Below, piece after piece: positions 37,336 through 51,719 of a stretch of 64,000 nt of DNA. The notes under the pieces are model-generated. The model was not told the DNA's origin. It made no database searches and worked only from the letters and a program-made list of their open reading frames with translations. The first letter of the stretch is position 1. Every line of letters starts with the position of its first letter. Source of the stretch: Lama guanicoe (Eukaryota); contig MU053606.1 of the NCBI GenBank assembly GCA_013239625.1, forward strand, positions 1-64,000. The letters are read 5' to 3'. Both the position numbers and the translations under genes were made by a program.

Positions 37336-40292
37336 TAAAGAGATGAGAGGTCTACAATCCACCCCAGTTACTCAGCTGCCATTTTGGAAAGTTCATTCTG
37401 CGGAGTTAAGGAAATGTCAGTGCAGGTGGTGGGCAGACAGAACAGAAGTGAGGGCGTGGGGGAGACAGGCCTGGCCCTGGAGAGCACAGGAGAGGCGTGG
37501 GTGGGATAGCACTGGAGAGAGAGGGAATGGAGGGGGCGGGTGCAAGGACATGTTGAAGGACAACTGATATTATCTGCAGTAAATTAAATGGAGAACATAA
37601 TATATGAAGGGAAGATCAAGTTAACACAGCAAGGGTGGAAAAGGCATTACCAGAGATGAAGAGCTCTCACTTCATCACTCACTGCATTTCACTTATGGCA
37701 CCCGCCCTCTGGGAAGGCAGTGTCAAATTCTTGAGAGACTGGTGTTTGTGCCATGGGTGCTTTAAGTACAAAACGGTATCTTATTGTGTCCAGATTTTAA
37801 GACTGATAGATTATTTCTCTTATGTCCCATGTCTGAGTTCTCAGACAGCAGGATCATTTGCTGGTCAGGGGAGAGCTATTGTGGTTAACATCTCAGGGTT
37901 ACTCTAATAATCTCAAATGACAGTGGGGAATTCACTAAAACAAGTGAAAAAATAAAAGAGAAATTTCACTCAGAAAAAAACGTATGCCATATAGAACCTT
38001 GTGGGGGCCTTGGGGGCAATGTTACCGCCAACTCATCTAACAGTTGTATGTGAGTGTGTTGAAACTCCAAGCTCAAGTCACTTAAACATGTATGAGAACC
38101 AGGGTCCAGGCTGTGGTGCTCCAGACATGGACGGGAAGATGAAAAGCCTGACTACTGCCTCCGACAGGATCAGTCCAGCCGGGGAGAACAAAGGACACAG
38201 ACACGATCACGCACCATCAAGACAAGAATCAAGTGCAATTCATGCCTAGAAAGGAGAGCAGAAAATCTCTAAAAAGTGGAGGGGTCCCTGCCAGTCAAGG
38301 CTTGGCAAGAGTCCTTCCAGGCAGAAAAGCAGAGAAAGGTACTTCAGGCGAAGGAGACTAGGGTTGGTGGCTGGGTGCGAGGCCTAATGAAGCACAGGTG
38401 GAGGGCTCCAGGGTCATCTGTCAGAAGCTGTTCCCCTTCAGCAGCTAAGAGGCATAACTAAAAAGGCAGGTGGGGTGTCATTAGTGATCATGGGGAAAAC
38501 TGGGACGAGGAAACTGAGGTCAGATCACCACCAAAGGCACTTTATTTTAGAGGAACAAAAACAATTCAAAAAGCACTTGGAAATTCTATCTCCCATGAAT
38601 GAAAAGAACACAAAATAAGTTTCATTCCAGCATTGAATACAGAATAACAGACTGCCTACTCTCAGAAATGGATTGAATTTTCTAATTTGTTAGGGATTAT
38701 TTAGGTGATAGGGAAATGAATAAATCTGAAAAATCTCTCTAGAATAGCTGTTACTCCATCCCGTTTTGCAAGGTAGGGGGAGGCTGAATTATTTAGCTGG
38801 TATTTTAATGAGACCATAAAGTTCTAAAAGTCCTATCAATTTCTCCCAAAAGTATACAACTTTTCCTTTCAATGACCTTTATTTGACTTAACTAGAACAA
38901 TAACTTTTTTTCCAAGGCTTCTTTCGTGTGTGTTAAAATACCAAATGATATGCTGCCCCCAGATTGTTGTTGTTATTATTAATGCTGATAATAGCCCCAA
39001 TAAGACATATTTACCAATATGACTCATTTTGGAATAACAGGTCATTGGCTTATAGTCCTTTTGAAAATATGAAAATAAGTAAATGAACATAACTTCTACA
39101 CCAGGGACTGCAGCTGCACCCTTAATGGAACCTAGTCATGAAACACAACAAAAGCAAAGATGAAACTCAAATCAGAGACCTGGCCGCAAAGCATAGCTGA
39201 CTGAAGATGCCACAAGATGACCTTTCACTTACCGAGGAAACCAGATGCATTTCCATGTATAATGTATATTTTTAAAAGCAATTATTTTATATATAGGATG
39301 TAGTTTAGGAAAAAAAAACTCCCTCTATCTGTAGACTTATAAACAGGAAGCACAAAGGGGTGCCTTTGCAGACATGAACCCACATGCATAAATGCAAAGC
39401 CTATTGACCAAAATCCTTTCCTGTCTCTTAAGCTTAAAAAACAAAAAACAAAAACTAATTCAAGGCAGTGGTGAGCTGAAAGGGCTCAGAAACAAAATGT
39501 GCACATCATCAGCCTTCTAGTAGATAAAAGTGTTCCATGCATAATAGAAAAGATGATGTTTCCTATGGAAATCTATTTTGAGATGCAACCATTTAAAGGC
39601 AACCGAGACCTCAAAACCAAGTTCAACCAAAGAGAAACAAGCCAACCAAGCAAACGTGCAGAAATGGACAAAGGTATTGGAGAAGGAGGGGATCTGTGCT
39701 CAACTGATACTCCATATCAGCAAATTCATCCTGAATTCAAGCCAGTGATGTGCCATGAGTTCATTCAAGGAACCAGGCAGAAACCATCAGCCAGAAGAAA
39801 TAGGAACAATGTCAACGGTATGTGTGAGATGTGGAAGGGATGACCCTGTGAACCTTGCTGCCATGAGGCAGGATGCTCTTGCAGGCTTTCTGCACAGGCT
39901 GGCTGGCTCATATGGCTGTTTAGAAGGATATCAGCCAACAGCTGTGCCACACGGGCTACAGCCCAATCTGAGTCATATCTAGTAACAGTTCTGAGTTCAA
40001 CCTTAGATGACATGACCAGAAGGATCTGAGAATCAATGGTGGAGACGTACCTGAATGAATATTCCATTTCATTCCTTGGCAGTAAATCTTCAGCTTTGTA
40101 CAACATAGATATTGACAAAGATACATACAGGCACCCTATTTGAAAGCCTGACTGCATAATTCCATTTAATGGAGAAAAGCGGGCTCCGTTTTGGTATGCT
40201 AGGTCATTGTTTGGCTCTGTAACCGATGCTTCTGAGACCCAAAACATACTCCAGTATAACTGACAGCACTGAAATCTCCACTGATGACTTGC

Positions 40293-40416
40293 TCATTTCA
40301 AGGTATTCATAAAATAACCCCAGTTTTCCCATGGGATACAGATGGTTGTCCCATTCCCATCGTGGGGTGGTCTCTTCTGCTCCCGAAACTGTGGTACCAT
40401 TAGATTCATGACCCAG
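40293..40416 (-). pseudogene. ANO6: ANO6 pseudo-exon 16 (124 bp; 7-nt deletion; GC donor)
   Basis: ggcag|c WVMNL / VSGAEETTPRWEWDNHLYPMGKLGLFYEYLEM a|gcaagt. Confidence 0.93.
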
Positions 40417-40759
40417 CTGCCAAACAGATAAAATTATAAGTCAGGGTATTATTTACCAAGGTCACTAAAGTATTACTGACATTTCAAGCTGAACACATCA
40501 TCTTCCCAAGAATTTAATTTCTTGATTTCAGGATAAATTTCTTTTTATTGCTGCCTCCCTACCCCCAAATATTGTGAAAACTAGTCCTGACTAAGTACCT
40601 TGGGTTTACCAAAATTTTAACGACTACTACTTTACATCCTACCTCCTTTTCAGGTGGGCATTTTAGCTTTTAGAAGATACCTTCCCCCATTTGTCTTTTT
40701 TCCCCCCATTTCTCTGCTATCATCCACCATGCCTTTCCAGTCTGAAAATCGTCGAGAAA

Positions 40760-41125
40760 ATAAGTAAAAGAAAGAAATACAGGGTCTGTGAGCTGATGAT
40801 ATATGCTGCAGAGGAAAATAAAGGAGGTTGAGGAATGTGTGGTAGGGAGGAGTGGCGATGGGGTAGTGACCTTTGAATAAGGCAAAGATGGAGGCAAAGG
40901 AGTGGGCAGAGGAGGGGCAGAGGGAACAGTGATCACAGGCCTGGAGGTCCCTCACACTGGAAAGACAGCATGGAGACTGGTGTGCGCCAGATTGAATAGG
41001 AAATAAGTGGTGGATTTGGGGGTGGAGCCTAAGAGACTGCAGTGAGGATGTGGGCATTTTTCCCTCTGAAGGAATTGCGGATCCATGGAGGGTCACCAAG
41101 CAGAAAAGTGATACTCTAACGTTGG
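40760..41125 (-). mobile_element. L2 fragment
   Basis: GA-rich stretch with atcacaggcc..., ggcatttttccctctgaagg..., ccatggagggt typical of antisense L2. Confidence 0.45.
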
Positions 41126-42275
41126 ATCAAACAGGTCCAAGACCCTAATTTAACCTGAACAAATCAAAGGCCAAAGAAGTGACATGCCACCTCAAAGTCA
41201 GTGCAGAGCTTGAAAGAAACATAGCCTCGACTCGCAGCCCAGTGCTCTGCCCCCTCCTGGATGCTGTCTTTAAAGGTTATCTTTTTCCTCACTCAGAGGC
41301 TTGTGGGCCAACTGAATGCTTCCCCTTCTTCAAATGGCAATTTGCCCTGAAATGAAATCGGAGTTGGCAGTGAAACAAGGCATGGACCTGCAGCCTACAG
41401 AGCTGTTGTCCCTGAAAGCAACAGCTGGCACATGGTTTTCTCATGGAGTTCAGCAGAAGATACAAAGCAATAACAGACAACTTAGCATCTGGTTGAGCTT
41501 TGGCTGACTGCACTGCATGTTTGGATGGATTTCAAATTTGGACAGTGAGGCAGATTCATACAAAAGGCAGGTGTATACATCATACATGCGCACACTTCTG
41601 TATGCACACACACGTGGACACACACAGAGTACATGATGTGAATTGTAAAGAGCTGTGCCTGCTAGGTTTCACACTGCCTCTGATCTCAGTGTTAACCTTT
41701 TACTGGCCATGCTCCCAGGTTTGCTATGAGATTTCTTTGCAGTGGAACATGCCCTTTGCTTCACAAACTTTCCCCACATTTTTCAATAACATTAGGGGAA
41801 GAGCAGGGAGCTCTGGGAAGTGGTGGGGATATGGACTCGGGATACCCCTGAATCTGAATCCACACTTCATGGCTTATTTGTTATTTAACTTTATTTACAT
41901 TCCAAATGCAATTGTTGCAGATCTCAGAAGATGATTTACACTCACTGCTATGGGAGAATGTTGCGGTTAGTAGACCCGCCACTGGATCCTCTTAATCAAC
42001 ACATTCTTCCAATAATTCAGATATTACTGTATCACAAATGCCCATTTCTATATTTTGGTATCTGCTTTTCAGTATAATTATCTTCCTTCTTTATTCTCTA
42101 AATCTTATGATTTTAAAACATTTTTCTGAGAAGTGGTCCACAGGCTCTTTACTTATGATAAGTTGATAAAGAGATCCTGGGGATCTAAACCACATTTAAA
42201 TCCTGAGATAAACTCAACTCTGTCATACATGGTTAGGTTTAGTCTGCAAATACTCTGTTTAGTAATTTTCGCATC

Positions 42276-42460
42276 AAACAACAAGGTCCTACTGTATAGC
42301 ACAGGGAACTACATTCAATAACTTTTAATAGCCTATAGTGAAAAAGAATATGACAAGGAATATGTATATATGTATGTATAACTGAATCACTATGCTGTAC
42401 ACCAAGAATTAACACAATATTGTAAACCAACTATACTTTCAACATAAAAAGTTGAAATAA
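42276..42460 (+). mobile_element. Older cetartiodactyl-type L1 3' end
   Basis: aacaacaaggtcctactgtatagcacagggaactacattcaata...ataactgaatcactatgctgtacacc...ttgtaaaccaactatact plus A-rich tail. Confidence 0.8.
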
Positions 42461-45400
42461 AATTGGGAGATGAAACTTCCACTGCCCAGGCTGCTGTCAG
42501 GACGAAATGATTCAAAGCAGGCCAGGTATTAGCAACCCCCCCAACACATCAAAACCCCATGTGGGATCTTCCTTTTGAGCAGCACAGGCTAACCAGCTGT
42601 GGTCACCTGTAAATAGGGTTGAAGTCACTTAGACCCTTGGCTTGGGAACACCGTGGCCATGGGGTGGGGGTCACTGCAGCACCTACGAGAATGACGGGGA
42701 CAGCCTACTGCTGAAGCCATTCTCCAGGCCACAGCCCAGAGCCCTGCAGTCAGGTCTGAGGTCCGGCCAGGAGGGCGCAGCTCCACAGCCACTCGGAGCC
42801 CTGCGGTGTGGGTGGAGCTGGGACCGTGCTCGTCCATCACCCTCCCTGGCACCCAGACTTGGGAGTCTCCTGGGGGAATTTTTCTCTGCCTCATACTTCC
42901 TGTCTCAGCCTCTTGTGGAATACGGTCCATGCCCCAGGGAAGCAGGGCTTTTACCCCCCTGGACCCAAATCCATCACGGTATGGATCCAGGATGAAACTT
43001 CCATGTTAACTCACCATCCTTTCTTGAACTGCCCTCTCCCGTTGATGGCATTAGGTCATATTAGAAGTCCCGACTTGCTTGTCCTTAGCTAAGACTCTGA
43101 GCCTCTTGCTCAGTCTACCTGAGTGGAACCACTCAACTGTGGCAGAAAAGCTTGGGCTGTAATCTACCCATCATTGTCCTCAGTCTTTTGGGTTTTCTGT
43201 TGGGTTATGGTTCTCATGCAGGGATATCAATTTGCACATGAGAAGAACCTGTAGACATTTGAAAAAATACAGACACTGGATCCACCCCCCTTTCCAGCCA
43301 AGGCTGGAAGCTTTCTCCCTCTAGCAGGGTTTACACAATCATTTGCTTGGGAATTGACAACACATATTGACATAATCATTGTAAATTGCCCTTTATTCAG
43401 TGCTTGCCATGTGGCATTTTCTACTTCATGTTGTCTTTGTACCTTCATTATCACATTTAATCCCTGCATTATGGACTATCACCATTTCTGTTGAGGACAC
43501 TCCCACTTGCTAATGTTGAATACAAGTATCTTTGATTCTCTTAATCTATTTCATTCCTGAATTTCCTGTTCCTGAATTTAAAGAGTGAATTATGGACACA
43601 TGTATTTAAGATTCTCTTATTATATGTATCTGACTCACCCTCTAACCAAGTCATATCTGGAGAAGAGAGATTTTCTCTTTTAAACATTTGTTTTTCTTAT
43701 TATATAGTAGTGCATACACATGGTGGAAAATGTAGAAAACATATAAAGTAAGAAAATTACAGCCATACATTATCTAAACACCAAAGGACAATGCTATGTC
43801 ATTTTGGGCATTTAACTATTTTTCCTAATATTTTATCATAAAATTTCCCTAGGGCAAGTTGCTTAACCCTGGAATTGTACTAGCCTTTTGTCAAGTACAG
43901 AATAACATTCCCAGAAATGATCCCAATATCAAAATAGTATGTGAGGTTGGGAAGGCCACAGGGCTCTCAGCTTATTCTCTAAGTCCTACAAAGAATGCTG
44001 TTAATTCATTGATGTCACGCATTTGATGCCTGTGAGTCACTCACTCACTCAGCTGGCTCGGATTGAGACCTACCTTATACCAGGTACCGATCCAAGTGCT
44101 AGGGAGACCCCACAGGGAGCCTGGATCACGGCATCACTGTCCTTCATTTTCCTCCCAGAATCTTACTCAAGAACCCCACATAGAATTGGGGGGGGTGCAG
44201 GCAGGTGAGTTATGGTGAAATTCATTTCATTGTGTTCCTTTAGAAATATTTAAATAGCATGAAAATAGTCGCTAACTTTGATAAGTTTTCTTTTCCCTTC
44301 TTATGTATTTTTGAGGATGGGTATAGTTTTGGTGCAGCAAGAGTAATTGATAGATCTTTGGTATGTTAGGATTTTATATGAAAAATTAAAAAATTAAGAG
44401 GAAACTGGCACCTTATACAAAGAGAAGAGGCAGTGAGGAAAACACAAGCCACCCACGAACTTGGCTACCATTCAGCATTCCTGGTTTTTAAACAAGGGAA
44501 ACATAATTCAAAACATATTTCCTAAATATTTGAGCCCATAGTAGAAATACATTGAGGCAAAGTTCAGTTCACTTGAACCTATAACAATGTGCTTACTTAA
44601 GCGAAGGTATAAACAGACCACAGATACTATAATGCATCCTTTACTATAAACTAGTTCATGTGACCAAGTTTCATTTCACATGAAGTGCTCAGTACCAATT
44701 TAGGAAATATATTCTTCTCCTTGTTTGGTAAAAATTGCTCACTGATAACCAGATTCAACAAAATTTAGTGTTAAATAATTAACCTATTTCCTTCAGGAAA
44801 TGCTTTTGAGTAATCTGAGTTAAGTATTTCCTCTATCTGATCTATTTCTTTTCACAGAGAAAAATAGTATTATTTGCACATGAGCTACTTTTACTCCTCT
44901 GGAAAAATCTGACTGTGAGCTCAGGGTAAGAGTTGTCTACTACACAGTAGGGGAAAAAAAGATTCATTTCACAGCAAAGATCAAAATCTTTTTCTTTTGA
45001 GGGATGTGGTGAACTGGGGGACAAGGGAAATGCCTTTGTTTAGAGACAGACCCCAGTAATCCAAACTGAAGCTGAAAGGTGGAGCCGTTGTGAGGAAATG
45101 TGGAAGGACACACTGACACCCAAAAGTGTTCACCCAGCAAAAACAGAATGAAAGAAAGAAAAAATAATTTAACTGCCCTATAAAGAGAATGGGCATAAAC
45201 TTGGTAATAAGGGAGAGAGAAGAAAGGTTACGGAAGGGAAGAGAAACAATGAAAGGGAATTTGGATGCGGTGGGCAGAATAGCAGGTGCCTGGAGCCTAC
45301 AATGAAGGATGATAAGAAAATAAAGTAAAGTTTAATAAAAGTAACAAAGTTTAAAATAGTTTAAAAATTAAAAAAGATGTTAAAAATAATTTTTTTTATA

Positions 45401-45653
45401 GTGGCATGGAAGATTTTAAAATAATGGAGTTTTTTTACTTCAAAATTCAAGTTGTTTGAGATTCTCCTCCATGCTCCAAACAACAGTAAGGCCTGCTTGT
45501 CTAAGTGGTTTTGGGGGACAGCACAGAGAGGGGTGAGCTCTGCATTAGGTTGGCCAGGAGACAGAATGCTGGTGTGGAATGCAAGACAAAAGAGAGATCA
45601 ACAGTTTCATGAGATCAGAAACTCAAAGCCAGAAATTATCTTAAAAATGTTAG

Positions 45654-46176
45654 TGTGGTAGGCAGAAAAATGATCCCCCCTCAAGATGTCTATATCCTAG
45701 TCCCCAGAATATATGAAGAGGTCAGGTTCCTTGACAAAGGGGGCCTATTGTTGCAGAAGCAGTTAAGGTTGCTAACCAGCTAACTCTAAGAGAGACGAGC
45801 TGGATTAGAGAGGTGGGCCCAGTGTAATCACCAGGGTCGTTAAAGGAGGAAGAGGGAGGCAGAAACGGGGAGAGAGGAGAAGAGATGTGACCACAGAATC
45901 AGGGTCAGAGACACACAACCATGCTGACCTTGAGAGAGAGAAAAGAGGTCACAGACCAAGAGATGCAGGTGGCCTTTGGAAGCCAGAAAAGTCAAAGACA
46001 CAGGTTCCCCTGAGGCCTTCAGAAACAGCCCTGCCAATACATTGACTTCAGCAGGCTTCTGCATTCAAGAACCCTACAAGGTTAAATTTGTGTTGTTTAG
46101 TGGAGACTTTTTCTTTTTTTCCTACTACCATGACGTTTGGGGATAATTGTTACAACAGCAACAGAAAGCAAATACA
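45654..46176 (+). mobile_element. MaLR solo LTR (MLT1D-like)
   Basis: TG...CA termini (tgtggtaggcagaa...gcaaataca), internal gttaaggttgctaaccagct and gggcccagtgtaatcac; 5-bp TSD gttag/gtaag. Confidence 0.8.
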
Positions 46177-46409
46177 GTAAGCTCCTTGAAATGTTCAGAA
46201 ATTGCAGATAACACTGGACTGTCCACTTCGATGTGGGATTGGGCTTATGTGAAAATCAAAACAACAGTGTGATCTTTGCTAACATCTGCTTTTCTCATTT
46301 TTAGGAAGAGAACAGTAAGTCAAAACCTCTGTAGTTATTATTTTAGACAAGTGTCTCTTAAAACACTATGTAACCCTGTGCCTTAGGACCCCAAGAGAGT
46401 CTCTGTTCT

Positions 46410-46650
46410 TAGAAGAACATGGATTCAGAGAGATAGGGTCTTACATCTGAGTCCCACAGTGGTCTCTTATTGGCAATGAGAGCTTGGGCAAATCATTTAC
46501 CCTCTTTAAGCCATAGGATCTTCATTTACAAAAGGAAGATAAGAATAAGGATTGTTTGGGTGATTAAACTGTACACACACGCACACACACACACATATAT
46601 GTACAAAATTTAATACAGTGACTAGCATATACTAGGCACACAACAAATTC
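46410..46650 (+). mobile_element. MIR SINE with internal (CA)n
   Basis: cttgggcaaatcatttaccctctttaagcc...cttcatttacaaaagg core. Confidence 0.6.
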
Positions 46651-46999
46651 CTGTTATGGATTTTTAAATGCATGTATAAAAGGAGGAGAATGTTCTGGGA
46701 AGTTGTGGGAAAACTTAGTTCACGGCCCCAAAAAGAGCCATCTCTCAAAGGGCTCTGATCAGCCAGTCCCCAGTGATGGGCAGAAACTATAGTACTTGGG
46801 GATTTAAGTTAAACATAAAAAGGAAGGTATTTAAGCATAATTATTAAACAGCAGGTACATTTTCACTGTTGGCTGGATAATCTTATCTGGAGAGCTTTAA
46901 AAAGCAGAGAGTCTCCCCTGTTTTAGAGATGGGCATGCAGGAAAATGATGTGGATGGGTGGGCCATTCTCACCCCAAGATCACATGACTTAGTACTCAC

Positions 47000-47097
47000 A
47001 GAAGTAACACCTCTTGTATGTTATTCCAGATGGACTGTCCTCCCATGATTATTGTCAGCTGTGTCATCAGTTCAAGGAGACAGCCACCTGGGTCACA
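47000..47097 (-). pseudogene. ANO6: ANO6 pseudo-exon 15 (98 bp; only exon with intact frame and splice sites)
   Basis: ttccag|[32 protein letters not shown] ct|gtgagt. Confidence 0.95.
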
Positions 47098-47272
47098 CTG
47101 GAATATTAGAAAGAAAATCTCATTTAAATTTTAGATAGCTCTAACATGAAATAAAGTCATTATTTTATGCCTAAAATATCTAAGGAACAGAGAGTAAAGA
47201 CACTCTTCATTGGGCAACTAAGAGAAAACATGAAACAGGCTAGACTGTCAGAAAACAAAGCTGTATTCACAT

Positions 47273-47441
47273 CTCTTCATTTCTGTATTTTCACAGCCAA
47301 TACACCAGATCTCCTGGATAAGTCACAAATCTGCCCTTAAAGAATGTGATGTAGAAACACAAGGAGTAGTAGTTGACAAGCTGGAAGAAGAACACTTTCA
47401 TGGCTAGGTTTTTCCCATAGTCAATCTGGTCCTTGGGAGCT
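47273..47441 (-). pseudogene. ANO6: ANO6 pseudo-exon 14 (169 bp; -1 frameshift, TGA stop, donor reads AT)
   Basis: ttgcag|ag LPRT / IDYGKNLAMKVFFFQLVNYYSLCFYITFFKGRFVTYPGDLVYWL*KYRNEE|atgtga; stop at 47291-47293. Confidence 0.94.
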
Positions 47442-48504
47442 CTGCAACTAGAATAAAGAAAAGTTAAGTCTGTAAAATTGTGAACGACTTTGAGACCCTA
47501 ATCAAAGCCACGGACACATGAGTTAACATGGTAAATATGTATTTATATATATACACAATTCACACTGTTTTCATTTAAGCCATTTTGAATTCCTTAACAT
47601 AGCTACTATTTTAATTCCAAGTGTACACACTGTTGTAAGAGTTTCTCCCACTATGAATGCAATATCCCACAAGGCAAAAAAAAAAAAGTCACCTGTTCCT
47701 TAAAATTTATAAGCACAAAAGTATCAAATGGGCAAGAACTGTCCTCTGCCAGGTGTAAGTTGACAGAAAGCTACTTTTAAACATCCTGCTAAATGATATT
47801 CTCTTGTATCCCTAAATGGCAGTAAGATAGGACTATTGAAGAAAACAAATAAAACACAGGGCAACTTGCTAGAAGCATTTGGGGAACATAAAATGGGTCA
47901 TCCTCCTAGTTCAGAATTTGAACTGGTCTTAGTGTTTTCAGAAGATGACCACTGAGCAGACCACTGGGAGAACGACCCAGCCACATGCAGCATGTGGGAA
48001 GCACTTAACTTGGGCCACTAAGCCGCTGGTTGGGATACAAGCCAGAGAGAAGAAACATTTATTATAGATGCCACAGCTGATGAGAATGGAGCTACACTAA
48101 CAGGAACAGCATGCGGAGAAGACACATAACACTGTGATTACTTGTCCTCTCCATAACACACAAGCAAATCTGCCACTGGAACCACGACCCTCTTCCACTT
48201 ATTTGCAATACAGAGACTATTAACTTTCAAGAATAGGGCACATGATCTAATGTAATTGAAATTATTATTAAGCACTGACCTGTTTACACAGAGCTTGAAC
48301 ATTCTAATGTTTCCTTTGTCCCTTTTACTAATGCAAAGCTGGAGCTAATTCACTTCTCACATAGGCTAGAGAAAATACGTTTACACTTGAAGTTTTCTAA
48401 AGACTGTAATGTACTGGATTTGAAGTGCCTAAAAGATACAGTCTCTGTTTTGACCTGGTTCTAAAACTGGTGTAGAAATGACCTCAGCTGCAAGAGGAGC
48501 TTAC

Positions 48505-48731
48505 CAGAGTCAGTCATCATGATTGCCACTTTCCCATATATGGTGTTCAGGGTCACAATGATGATAAAACTGATGAGGGAAGAAGTGATGGGCATGGCCC
48601 ACCTGCACAGTCTGGTACTTCTGGATTGGGTCTCTTCCATTCAGGTTCTTGGGAAGTTTTGCAGAAAATACAATGAACACTGAAAGTCCATAGACAATGA
48701 TCCCAATAACTGAAGCAATGGTCAACAGGAT
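48505..48731 (-). pseudogene. ANO6: ANO6 pseudo-exon 13 (227 bp; +1 frameshift)
   Basis: tgtcag|ILLTIASVIGIIVYGLSVFIVFSAKLPKNLNGRDPIQKYQTVQV / AMPITSSLISFIIIVTLNTIYGKVAIMMTDS g|gtaagc. Confidence 0.95.
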
Positions 48732-48949
48732 CTGACAACCCAAAAACCCAGCAGCATGAGACTAACTAATGATTGTATTTTTACACAGAACACTTGCCCC
48801 CAACCCATGCTTAAACAGACAACATGCATGTGCTATAAACCTCTCATAAACGTGAGAAGTGATGTAAATCACACATAAATGCCACAAGAGATGTGAATAT
48901 CAGGCATGTTATACTTTAGGGGAGGAGGAATGAAGGATATTAAAAAAAA

Positions 48950-49085
48950 ATGAGTGCATCCACTAATGTAACATGCTGACAGCAGGAGCAGCTGTGTGCA
49001 GGGCATACAGAATATATGGGAACTCCACTTTCTGTGAATTTTTCTGTAAACCTAAACCTGCACTAAAGAAGGAAGCCTGTTAAGT
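48950..49085 (+). mobile_element. L1MC-like 3' end fragment
   Basis: atatatgggaactccactttctgtgaatttttctgtaaacctaaacctgcactaaag matches old L1MC 3' termini as I recall them. Confidence 0.6.
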
Positions 49086-49804
49086 ATATCTTTAAATGGC
49101 TGAAAATGGAGCAACTGGTGAAATATTCTTTTGGAGACAAGTCTGTGATAGCAGAACCAATGAAAATATCCCTCCTACATCTATAGAATTACTTAGACTA
49201 TGAACTATTTGTAACCCATGAAGGGGATATGCTTCCTTTCAAGGGAGAATCTATCACTGAATCAGGGGTCAGCAGGTGCTAGCTGTCGTCTTCATTCTGA
49301 ATAGGACCAGTGAAGCTGTGGTCATGCTCTGAAGGAAATAGTGGAAGTGACAGCAGGTCTCTGCTGATGGAAGCTTCACATGCTTTTCATACTCCTTGAG
49401 ATCTTAAAATGGCAGGTATTCATACTCCCTGCATTTGCCCAAGATTCATGTCCCTGATCCATTGTATTTCTGACTGTGTGGACCCAAGGGCAATGGGGTT
49501 GTCAGAAGCATAATTTGCACATGGCTTATAGTGTTTCAGTTCCTCACTAGGCAGGTTTATTTCTGGCCACTGAAGAATGCACATTAAAGATCCCATTTTT
49601 AAACTGTTTTCCTTCCATCTACCTTCTTGGTCATAGTCCAGAAGCATGTACTCAGAGTCCCTGGCTGCTCCTGATGGCTGCCCCAGAGAGAAAGCTACAA
49701 AGAATGTGAATTTCAAGACTAAGTGAACCACATCATGTTATTTACAGTAACAGCGGGAGGCTGGCCTGCACCTGCAGGGGAGAGCAGAAGGAGTGTTTAC
49801 AAGC

Positions 49805-50035
49805 CCCTCCTGGAGCCACATTCCTGCATCTGGATCCAAGCTCCAATGCTAGCTGTGGGGCCTTGTGCAAATTTCTTAACCTAAAGGGGCTTCAATCTCC
49901 TCACCCATATAATGGGGGGATAATAATAACAATTATAGGACTATTGTGATAATGAGTCAATGATTTCCTAATTGTGAAAACAATTAGAACATTAACCACA
50001 GGCATGTGAAAAACTCTACCTAAGTATTAGCTATG
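49805..50035 (+). mobile_element. MIR SINE
   Basis: ctagctgtggggccttgtgcaaatttcttaacc...ctcctcacccatataatggggggataataat. Confidence 0.65.
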
Positions 50036-50261
50036 AATACGGTGACCAAAGTCTTAAAAAGGTGTTTTTCTTAGTTTTTAAGCCATCAGATTGTAGAGAA
50101 AGCATTTTATTTCCTCCTCTACTCTTTCATTATCCTTTTCTTCACAGTTAAGGCTTCATGCTTGTGAAAGGAATAACTTTTTGGTGTGTGTGTGTGATTA
50201 AATGTGAAAATTAGTTATGGCTGAGAAAAATGTACTATAGAAGGTATATTAAGCCTTCCTC

Positions 50262-51602
50262 AATTAAAGAAGACTTCAAAAAATGGAAAGATATTCCATG
50301 CTCTTGGATTGGAAGAATCAATATTGTTAAAATTGTCACACTGCTCAAGGCAATCTACAGATTTAATGCAATCCCTATCCAATTACCCAGGACATATTTC
50401 ACAGAACTAGAACAAATCATAATAAAATTTATATGGAACCATCAAAGACCTAGAATTGCTAAAGCATTACTGAAGAGAAAGAAAGAGGCTGGAGGAATAA
50501 CTCTCCCAGACTTCAGACAATACTACAGAGCTACAGTCATCAAGACAGCATGGTATTGGTACCAANNNNNNNNNNNNNNNNNNNNNNNNNNNNNNNNNNN
50601 NNNNNNNNNNNNNNNNNNNNNNNNNNNNNNNNNNNNNNNNNNNNNNNNNNNNNNNNNNNNNNNNNNNNNNNNNNNNNNNNNNNNNNNNNNNNNNNNNNNN
50701 NNNNNNNNNNNNNNNNNNNNNNNNNNNNNNNNNNNNNNNNNNNNNNNNNNNNNNNNNNNNNNNNNNNNNNNNNNNNNNNNNNNNNNNNNNNNNNNNNNNN
50801 NNNNNNNNNNNNNNNNNNNNNNNNNNNNNNNNNNNNNNNNNNNNNNNNNNNNNNNNNNNNNNNNNNNNNNNNNNNNNNNNNNNNNNNNNNNNNNNNNNNN
50901 NNNNNNNNNNNNNNNNNNNNNNNNNNNNNNNNNNNNNNNNNNNNNNNNNNNNNNNNNNNNNNNNNNNNNNNNNNNNNNNNNNNNNNNNNNNNNNNNNNNN
51001 NNNNNNNNNNNNNNNNNNNNNNNNNNNNNNNNNNNNNNNNNNNNNNNNNNNNNNNNNNNNNNNNNNNNNNNNNNNNNNNNNNNNNNNNNNNNNNNNNNNN
51101 NNNNNNNNNNNNNNNNNNNNNNNNNNNNNNNNNNNNNNNNNNNNNNNNNNNNNNNNNNNNNNNNNNNNATGCATTTGCAGCAACATGGATGCCCCTGAAG
51201 AATGTCATTCTAAGTGAAGTAAGCCAGAAAGAGAAAGAAAAATACCATATGAGATCACTCATATGTGGAATTTAAAAGACAAAAACGAAAACAAACAAAC
51301 AAAAACAAAGCATAAGTACAGGACAGAAATATACTCACAGACAGAGAATACAGACTTGTGGTTACCAGGGGGGTGGAGGGTGGGAAGGGATAGACTGGGA
51401 TTTCAAAATTGTAGAATATATAAACAAGATTACACTGTATAGCAAAGGGAAATATACACAAAATTTTATGATAAATCACAGAGAAAAAAATGTGACCATG
51501 AGTGTGTTTATGTCCATGAATTACTGAAAAATTGTGCTGAACAATGGAATTTGACACAACATTGTAAAATGATTATAAATCAATAAAAAATGTTAAAAAC
51601 AA
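50262..51602 (+). mobile_element. 5'-truncated young L1 spanning an assembly gap
   Basis: Highly similar to 27376-29128 of the full-length copy; 11-bp TSD aagccttcctc (50251-50261 and 51603-51613) after TT. Confidence 0.95.
50566..51168. other. Assembly gap (603 N)
   Basis: Run of n. Confidence 1.
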
Positions 51603-51719
51603 AAGCCTTCCTCTCTTATACTGCACATATAGGCCATTTAAATAGTATGCATTTTTTAAAAGTCTACATAATAATTTTTTAATTATGTATTAAGTAATCA
51701 TAAGTGTTAAGATTCTTTA

